A stretch of DNA of 64,000 bases from the human T2T-CHM13v2.0 reference genome, Homo sapiens. The position numbers and the translations under genes are program-made. Shown piece by piece: positions 54,994-64,000 of the stretch. Each line of letters opens with the position of its first letter. Positions within the stretch are counted from its first letter, which is position 1. Location of the stretch: the NCBI RefSeq assembly GCF_009914755.1, contig NC_060940.1. The stretch is one strand, 5' to 3'. The notes under the pieces are model-generated. The model saw only the letters and a program-made list of their open reading frames with translations, was not told the origin of the DNA and did no database searches.

Positions 54994-56426
54994 TAACTAC
55001 ATCTACTTTACTGGGGGTATGTGTGTATATAGATGTATAGAGGCATATATAGATATATACACATATATATTACATATATGCACCAGATACACAGAATACA
55101 GATGACATGCACGTACTTTTAACCTTTGTATACTCCCCTTAATCCATAACCTCTCTTTATTCTTCGAAAGCAATATGAAAACCATGGATCTAAGTGAATC
55201 TGTATGCTTTTATCATAAAAAAGCATGAAAAACCAATCTGCTCTTCCAAAATATAAAAGCAATCACTAAATTGATTCCTTTTTTTGCCAGGCATTAACTT
55301 TCTCCTATTACTGCAAATTTGCTGCACTTGTATTTTCTTCCAGCCCCAGAATTAAACACACTTCTAATTTCTCACTTCAGGTGCATTAAGTGCGGTATAG
55401 GGCACAAATGAATAATTTTATTGATAATAAATTTTATAATCCATGCAGCACTTGCTGAAAAATGGATGTGTTCTGGATGCATTCTTTATTTCTCCTAATT
55501 TGAAGACGCCAGGATTGCGGTCGCCCTGCTCACTGAGCCTTTGGTAATTGCTGGCTATTTTCTACTGCTTTGAGGGCTGATTGACAATTCAGGCACGTGC
55601 TCTGCTTTACGGGGATAAATTACAATAACCAGTTTATCAGATTATTATTTTTATTAATTTAAGAGACTAGACAACAGTAGTGAGTGGCTTCTGTCTCCTG
55701 CAGACAGAATTTATCCTACTAGTTTAATGGTGCTGTGAGAAGCTGTAGACATAATATCTCACAAAAGGTAACATCCCTATATAGTCTCCCCAAATCACGC
55801 AAATAAAACATCAATAGGAAGAAACCATTATGGGAGAGTGGTCTGACTGCAGTTGAGAAGGGAGAAGCAGAGAAAAACACCAAAGAATTAGCTGGTTCTG
55901 AGCTTGCTTGGAAAGGATAATGGTTAGGACATCAGACAGGTCTCAGTCCCAGCCAGCTGAACTGGATCCGTGTGAGTCTTAAACAAATTAACTCTCTGAC
56001 CCTTTATCATCATCTGTAAAATGGAGGCAAAATAACATCTGTCTCTTAGGACACAGGAGGATGGATGAGATCATGTAGGTAAAGTGCTTGGCGCAGTGCC
56101 TGGCCTGATACACACCCGATGGGTGGCAGCTGTTAACTGTTCTTGGGAGTCTATACTGAAGAAGCCAGGAAAGTATTTGTATCAGGTGAGAACCAACAAA
56201 AAAGTACAGTCTGGAAACTAGATCCACAAAAAGTTGTCTATGATTGATTGTAATGGGTGAGTTCCCCATCATGGGAGGCATTCAAGGAAAGCTGGGCATT
56301 TGTGGAAGAGATTCATGAACGGATTCTAGAATCAGACCAGATGATTTGAGGTTCTAGGATTCTTGTCAAACTATTCAAGATTATGGAAGAATTTGTCCAA
56401 ATAGCCAACGTTCATTGGGTACTTAA

Positions 56427-56739
<313 letters not shown>

Positions 56740-56769
56740 CACACAGCCAGCTGTACGCATTTTACATGT

Positions 56770-57159
56770 CACTATAGTTTGGATGTTTGACCTCTCTAAA
56801 TCTCATGTTCAAATCTAATCCCCAGTGTGGTCGTGTTGGGAGCTGGGATCCAGTGGGAGGTGTTTGGATCACAGGGGAAGGAGCGTGAGTGAGTTCTTGT
56901 TCTGTTAGTTCCCATAGAGCTGATTGTTAAAAACAGCCTGGCACCTCCCCCCTCCCTCTTGCTCCCTCTCTTGTCACATGACCTCTGCACATGCTAGCTC
57001 TCTTCCCTCTTATCCTATGAGTGGAAGCAGCCTGAGGCCCTCCCCAGATGCTGGTGCCATGCTTCTTCTACAGCCTGTAGAACTGGGAGCCAAATAAACC
57101 TCTTTATAAATCACCCAGCCTCGGGTATTCCTTCACAGCAACACACAAGGTCTAAGACA
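56770..57159 (+). mobile_element. MST (MSTB-like) MaLR solo LTR
   Basis: tatagtttggatgtttg...aaatctcatgtt...gagtggaagcagcctgaggccctc...ccaaataaacctctt...ctaagaca. Confidence 0.85.
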
Positions 57160-59473
57160 AACGATATCTCACTTAATCTTCACAACAACTCTCTGAGAGA
57201 GATGCTGTCATTATCTTGATTTTATAGTCAAGGAAAGTGGGGCAGCCTGTCCAAAGTCATAGAGCCAGGAAGGGGCAGAGCCCAGACTCAAACCAAGGTG
57301 GTCTGCCTCCCAGAGCCACGTCTTTGGCCTCTAGGCCTGTCGGCACCATCCCAACCACACCCTTGGACCAGGCCAATGGCATCCACCTGCACCTCTCCCT
57401 CACCCCCTGAGACCCCTCCCCATGGCCTGCTACTGAAACATACACATCCCACTGGTATGGCCAGCTCAGGAATCCAAGAAAACATCTGTGACCTGATTGC
57501 TCATCAGGCAAGAAACCACGAGAATTCCATGTCTGCTCAAGAGCCTCCAATCATGCCACCAATGGGCAGAGCTTATTTCCCACCATCTGATGGGCCAAGG
57601 TCATGCACAGCAGCTTTGGAAGCCAGGCCTCTTCCCAACATAAGACTGCCACAGTTGATGTGTGATACCAGCAGGCTCTTTGCCTAGGTTTGTGTTTCCT
57701 TGATGACCAACTGCACCTGATGCTTAGAGCCACATCTGCAGCTGATGGACTGCACAGTAGCCTGCCCAATGGCCTGCCCGAGTGAGGACACAGCAAATTG
57801 TTAAATGGATAGATTTGCTATAGATGTACCACAAACGCCACTGCCACTGAATTATGGCCATATATTGTACTATTTATAATCGCAATGTAGTTAAGTTGGA
57901 TTTATTCCTTTTTTCAGCAAAGACTCACCTGACCCTTAAAACAGGAAGTATTTTGCTTATTGCAAAAATAAGTACATATCAAAAAAAAAAGAATATTTCC
58001 AGATCTCTCTTTTGGCATGCTGGCTAAGGATGGGGGTGTGCTAGATATGCTCTCAAGTAGCATCTGTGACAATGGGAAGGAACCCCTTCTGTGGCCTTGA
58101 GTCAGACTCAGGGGCCAGGACCCAATCCCTGCCAAGAGCCTTTCTCAACACAAGAGAAGACATCCCTTAAACATATGAAATCAAAACAGCCCCCATGTTG
58201 TAGCCAGGGGAAAGCGAAGGACAGCTGGCAGCAGGTGGCTCTACAGAGAAATTTCCCAGGACAAAAGTAGATCTGTGCAGCTCCCCAGATCCAAGAATCA
58301 CCCTACCATTTCAGCCAGGGGGGCCTGAGCATGGTGTGGTGGCACTGAGCTCCTGGAGCCTTTGGAAGTAGTGTGGAAACACCCAGATGTCCTTATTCAC
58401 CCAACTCCCAAGACAGATGCCTGGAGCAAGGCACAAGGAGGGGGTGCTGTGCCCAGCCCTTGGTCCCCCGCCAGCAACAGCCTGTTTGTTCCCTGGCCCC
58501 AGAAATCACAGCTCTGTACAAAGTTCCTGGTCTGGGCAGGACACCTCCACCAATCTCCTCCTCGTCCTCATCTTCTAAATTCCCGGCATTCCACGGGTCC
58601 CTCTCCCCACTCTCCTGATTAACAGCCGGCCACCTCATTTAGAAAGCTAACTTTTCTCAGAGTTCCATCCTGTTCTTGAGGTTTCGGTTGGAAACTTGGC
58701 CTAGATGACAGCTGTGTGGGCCTCTCCCCAGCTCGACCCAGCAGGAGTTCTAATACACTTCATTCTGGGGCTGGTTGCTGCTTTTAATCTATCAGCACGG
58801 CGCCGCAGCTGCTGTAAGCTAGCTGAAAATTGTCTGCATACGGGCGAACCATTTGTAACCCTTTTCAGTGCAAACCCACACTTCGGCAGAAATGCACTGT
58901 CCAGCTCTCCCACACCTACGAAACACGTGGGCCCAGAGTGGCCAAGATCTTCCCTTAAACCAAGAGGTTCCCCACCCGAACAACCAGGAAACTTTCAAAA
59001 AGCCTGAATACATTATTGGCTTGGAAATTTCACTCTCCTGACCCAACTTCTCATCCCAAGGAAAGCCAAAAGGCTTCTTCAAAAGCTCAAGCCTGAGCGC
59101 CAGAGCACCATCGGCCCCTCTCACTAGGGCTCTGCCCAGGACTCCTCTGCCACTTCCCTTTGATTCTCAGTAAGAGAAAGGGGCTTTTCTCCCCTAAGGA
59201 AGCAGGCTCAGCTTTGTGGAAGCCCTCCCACGTGCTGCCCACCCTCAGAACCAACGAGGACCTGGCTCAAGGCAACACCACCTGATTCTCAAATCTGCTG
59301 GTGCCATCAACTCAAAGGGTCTCTAGTCGATCTACTCAGCAACATCAGACCCATCGGGGCTCCGTGAACAGGGGAGGGCAGGAGTTGAAATGCTTGCCAA
59401 ATATTAATAGTTACAGTTCTTACACAACAGCCAGTACCCTTCAGGCATCCAACACAATTTTAGATGTCAATAG

Positions 59474-59690
59474 GGAAAGAGAGAAAGGAAGAAAAGTAGG
59501 AAAATAAAATGGAAAAGATAAGGATGGAAGGAGAGAATGGAGAGGAGAGGGGGAGGGTTAAGAAAGGGAGAGGAAGGGAGGGGAGAGAAAGGGAGGGGAG
59601 GGGTGATAGGAACAAGGTGGGTGCTCCCATCAGAAAGCACCATCTATCCATCCATCAATCTATCCTTCCTTCCTTCCTTCCATCCATCCT
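59474..59690. repeat. Polypurine tract followed by a (CCAT/TTCC) pyrimidine-rich tract
   Basis: GA-rich 59474-59612; ccatcc/tccttcc 59640-59690. Confidence 0.85.
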
Positions 59691-61574
59691 TAACCTGTCT
59701 TTGCAAACCCCCTGGTGGTCAGTGGTAGGAGGCCTGGTCTAACCCCACTTCCAGTGGAGACATTCAGAGGAGAAGTTGACTCCTTACCCCCAGACTTCCA
59801 TCACCAGCGGAGGAGACAGGCTTCCTGGCTTCTCCACCTGCTACAGAGGCCCCCAAACAGCACTCATAGCCACCTCTGCTGCCCAGTGGGGAGAGAGGCC
59901 TGGAGAGGGTCCTTCCTCTTCTACCACTCAAAGAAGGCCCATGGCTCCTCCCAACCTGGCTCACTGGTCATTAGATTTCTCTGCTTACAGAGCAGCACCC
60001 ATAAAAGTCTGGGTCACCCAACTGGGGCAGGACTCACACCCTGCTCCTGGAGCAGATGGGTGCAGCCTGCCTAGACTCTCACCCCACCTGCAGCCCAGCC
60101 CCAGCACTGGCTGGGAGAGGAGGGGCTATGAAAGACTCCATGGCCCAAAGAAAAGAAGGGCTGCAGGAGGCCTCTGGGGAGGGATGTGGAGCTGTGTGGT
60201 GGGGGAGGCCACCTCCCAAAATGAGTCCAACTAAAAAATCCAGTCTTCCCTCAGAATTGATACGGCAGCAGCTGTATCTCTTTCATTTGAGTAATTATCA
60301 TATAATTAAGTGCATGAATTACAAGAGAGCCAAGGCATTAAATTAAAATATTTAATGCTTGTAAATCTGAAAATGATTACTGTGCTGATGCGCAGCCAGT
60401 GAGAAGGGAGACTAATGGCTTGGCGGGCAGCGCGGGGAGGTGGTGGCAGCCTCGAGCTTCACCCCAGAAGTTAGAGAAGGGGAGGGGAAGAGGGTGTCAG
60501 GGAATTTTGGGGAGGGGGTCAGCAGCAACCTTGAGACAGGGTAGCCTGAGCAGAAAACTCACAGCTGATTCTCTGAGTAGGGAGAGCCATTTGTCCTAAA
60601 ATGAGAGCCATGTGTTCCTAAGCTGCCAGCAACAATAGCACAGAAGAGGGGTAAGACGGGGTCCTCTCACTGGGACTCTCATTGGGACAGAAAGGAATGG
60701 GCCCAAATTGATGACATCACTCGCGAATTAAGTTTTACCCCTCACAAAGTGTTCATGTTCCTGTGTGGACAAATAAGGAATTCAAGGCACAGAAAGGAAC
60801 AGAGACTTGCCAAAGATCACAAGGCAAGTTGCAAGCAGGGCTGAGGCTAGGACTAGGGACTCTGACAAACTGAACCTCCCCACCTGTGAAGCTGTGATGA
60901 GCTAGCTCACCCAGCTTTAGCTGGCTTTGATGTGACCCAGGATGGCATTAGCTGATCCTTTCATTTCCCAAGCCAACCTCTCTCCCTCTCAGGACAAAAG
61001 GGAGATACAAAGCTGCCACTGCGATGCTCCCATGATGCTGACGCACAGCTCCACAATGTGGAAACAGGGGTGAGCTTTGGGTTTCTGTCCAGAAAACACT
61101 ATGCGCTGCCCAGATAGAATCAGGCTAGACAGACCCCAGAAGGGTTCAAAAGAAAAAGGTCTCCCAGTCAGACCCAGCCCTGCCATCTCGGTCGCCGTTC
61201 ATGCTGGCCAACCAGGAATCGGACAACAAGCGGCCTTAACAAAAGCTCCCATTCCCACCCTGAAATGCACTCACCAGGGAAAAGGGAAGGCATTGAAAAG
61301 AGCCCAGCCCCAGTAGGGAGGATGCAAATAGCCGTCCAGTGCAGGTGCAAGGAAATTAGGTGCATGAGATGTCAAGAGAGGCTAGGGCCTCCTCTGCCCA
61401 TGTGGCCTCCACCAGGTGTGGCCATTCCTTGGCCCAGAAGACCCTCCCTTCCCATGGACCCAGCCCTCTCTGATGGCCAGCTCCTGACATTCCACTTGAC
61501 AGGGTGGACCCAGCTCTAAGTACTCATTCCACTCATTCCTGGAGGGGAGAGCCGGCCTATACTCCTCCGGAAGT

Positions 61575-62172
61575 GGACCTTGTTTTTATTCCCGCCAGCA
61601 TCCATTCTCCCTCCTTTTGGGAACAATGACCCAAGAGTCTTTTGGGGAACCACCATCAGAGAATAATGGCACTCCTGAATCATAGGTGAGCATGTGATTC
61701 AGGCCTGGCCAATTAGTGTATTCCATGTCTCTGGATAAAGAGACTGGGTCAGGGATGAGCATGTGACTAAGGCCTGGCCAATGAGTGTATGCCATGCCTC
61801 TGGATAAAGTGATTGGTTAAAAGATGAACATGTGACCAGGCCTGGCCAATCAGAGCCAATTGTAAGAATTTTCTGGTATTATGGAGGTTAAAGGACTCTC
61901 CTGTCATGGAACACCATGGAACTGCCAGCTAAGGGGGTAGGATGTGGGCCTGGAGGGGCTGGTGGCCATTTTCCGTACCATACTGCAAGGGTTTTGGCAG
62001 AGAGGGAGGCTAATAGAGAAAAGGAGGACCAACAGCTGGAGACACAGAGGGCAGGGCTGGGCCTGTTGCACCTTAAGAAGCCCTAGTTTCAGCAGCAGTG
62101 AGCCCTTCCCCTTGTTCCCTAGACCAGCTGGAGGCAGGGTTCCAGCTCTTGCAACTCAAAAAACCTCTGACA
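61575..62172 (+). mobile_element. LTR16-family ERVL solo LTR with an internal 69-bp tandem repeat
   Basis: catgtga...caggcctggccaat three times; 3' end cttgcaactcaaaaaacctctgaca. Confidence 0.65.
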
Positions 62173-64000
62173 AGGCATACAAGGTATGTATGCCTCCTAA
62201 ATCTTCAGTGCCTCCCATGGAGGGCTTTTGTCCCTTTTTGTCCCTCTGTCTGTCTCCCTTCCTGCCTCCGCCTGCTCTCCTGCCCCACAGTATTAGTACA
62301 TCGATGGTCTGAACAAATGAATGAATGAATGACAAATGCTGTCTGCGCAAGCCTTTGGGTCCAGTGAGGGCTCCCCAATCTCTCCCACACCCATTCCTAT
62401 TCACTAAAATTCACAGCCCACCCAAATCTGTGGAATAGCTGGTGTTGGATGTCACTCTGCTTGAGCCACTGTTGGCTGCAGGCCTCTTGTCCCAGCACAC
62501 ACGGGGAGCTCCTTGAATGCAGGAACCTTCTCACATCCTCCTCGTCTGCTCCCCAAAGCTGGTCCCAGGGCCTTCCCACCGCCAGACCTTTAACTCTTCA
62601 TGTCTCTACTGTGTGAAATGACTCCATCCCTCCTTCAGGAGTCAGATTAGACCCCATCAGCCCCTTCTAGTAAGGTTTCCCAGAACAACATCCCTCCGAG
62701 GAAAACCCCCGCCTCTAAAGAACTCTAGCACCTACTGCGCATGCCACTGGTGACCAATCCTGTTTTCTCCACAATCTACCCTCTCCTTTCCACCTCTGCT
62801 ACCAGCATCCTTCTTCAGGCCGCTATCTTTTCCCTCCTGGATGACAAAATCCTTCTAACCAGTTTCCCCCCTTCCAGGGAGGATGAGCCTGTCCTATCAC
62901 CTCACTCAACCCAGAATGAGCTTTTCATGGACTCCTGGAGAAGGCAATTCCTAAGGGTCAGAATGCCCCATGGGGGTCAACATACGAATCCTCCAAGACT
63001 TCTGGATAATCCACTGAGACTGCAGATATGAAAGTCTGCACAGAGCAGATGCCCAGTTAGGGTCAGGGTTGGGAGGTGTGTTTTCCTGAGTGGCAGCATG
63101 GCAGAGTGAAAAGAGAGCCGTTTTGGGGTCCCATAGGCTTGGGTACAAATCCTAGCCCTGTAACGTCCTGGCTGCCTATATGGCCTCAGCTAGATTACTT
63201 TAAGAGCCTCAGTTTCCTCCTCTGGATGATGAAAGTAACAGCAGGCTTGTTGCAACAGCCATGGAGAATGGATGTTAAGCACCTCCTCTGGGCCTTCCAC
63301 TGTCACATGGTAGGCACTTGATAAATGGGCACTGCTATTAGTCTGGGGCTGGTTGTGTGGTGTATCCCTAGCCTAAGTAGTGGAGTGCCCGTGGAAAAAA
63401 AGACTGGCAGCTTAAACGGGCCATTCTTTAAATAAATGAATAACAAAATTGACATGTATTGGGAGTTTTACTATGTGTCAGGCACTGTAAGTGCTTTCCA
63501 TTTGTTAAATTCATTTAATCCTCACAGCAGCCTAGGAGGTCAGTAATAATTAGTGATATCCCATTTTACAGAGGAGGAAATTGATGTGGCAGGGGCGTAA
63601 GCAACTTGCCCAGGGAATTCAGAGCTGCTAAAGGAGGTGCTGAACTAGCACTTGAAGCCATCTGAGGTCTGCATTCTGACCCTCCTCACCTATGGAGCCT
63701 GCCTGCTCTGAGCTATGGACTATGGCTGTTAAACAAAATGAAATAGGAGAGTCCTTATCCCTGCTCCCAGAAACTCACAAATGACACTGGCACACTCGTG
63801 AGATGCATTTGGTAGAAAAAGGACTTCTAATCTGGCTCTGACTGACGGAGCATAAATCATCCAGCCTCAATGCACCCCCATGCCATCGTGACCCTTTAGT
63901 GAAGGCCTGCTTTGTGCATGGAACTGTAACAGGCAGGCTCTTTCTTTCATTATCTCATTGAACTCTCATGGCAACCATGTGAGATGGGTGTTACCATCCC

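Noticed and set aside
61687-61855. Regularly spaced repeats as a CRISPR-like array
   Set aside because: The sequence between the conserved cores is also repeated, it lies in an LTR, and the context is mammalian with no cas genes.

Overview
Primate (almost certainly human) genomic DNA lying entirely inside the minus-strand gene ZNF423 (16q12.1). Two coding exons are present: 19027-19158 (132 nt) and 17288-17403 (116 nt). They encode zinc finger 28, finger 29 and most of finger 30. Positions above 19158 are a long upstream intron, and positions below 17288 are the last intron; the terminal exon lies outside the window. The last intron holds a 5'-truncated processed ADAM3/cyritestin pseudogene (ADAM3B) with a 17-bp target-site duplication, 2 frameshifts, 2 stops and an intact AATAAA, in the same orientation as ZNF423. 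The rest is Alu, MIR, L2, L1M, LTR and hAT relics, simple repeats, and many repeat-free motif-dense blocks that look like developmental enhancers. Nearly all ORFs in the supplied track are spurious. I cannot support a wholly new biological system. The best leads are: (1) a possible in-frame ZNF423-ADAM3B alternative terminal exon or intronic polyA site; (2) a CpG-rich block with an overlapping ZNF423/EBF-like site; (3) a perfect RFX X-box in a ciliopathy gene; (4) a ~265-bp inverted duplication; (5) a palindromic octamer-containing element. Repeat boundaries and families were called by eye and are approximate.
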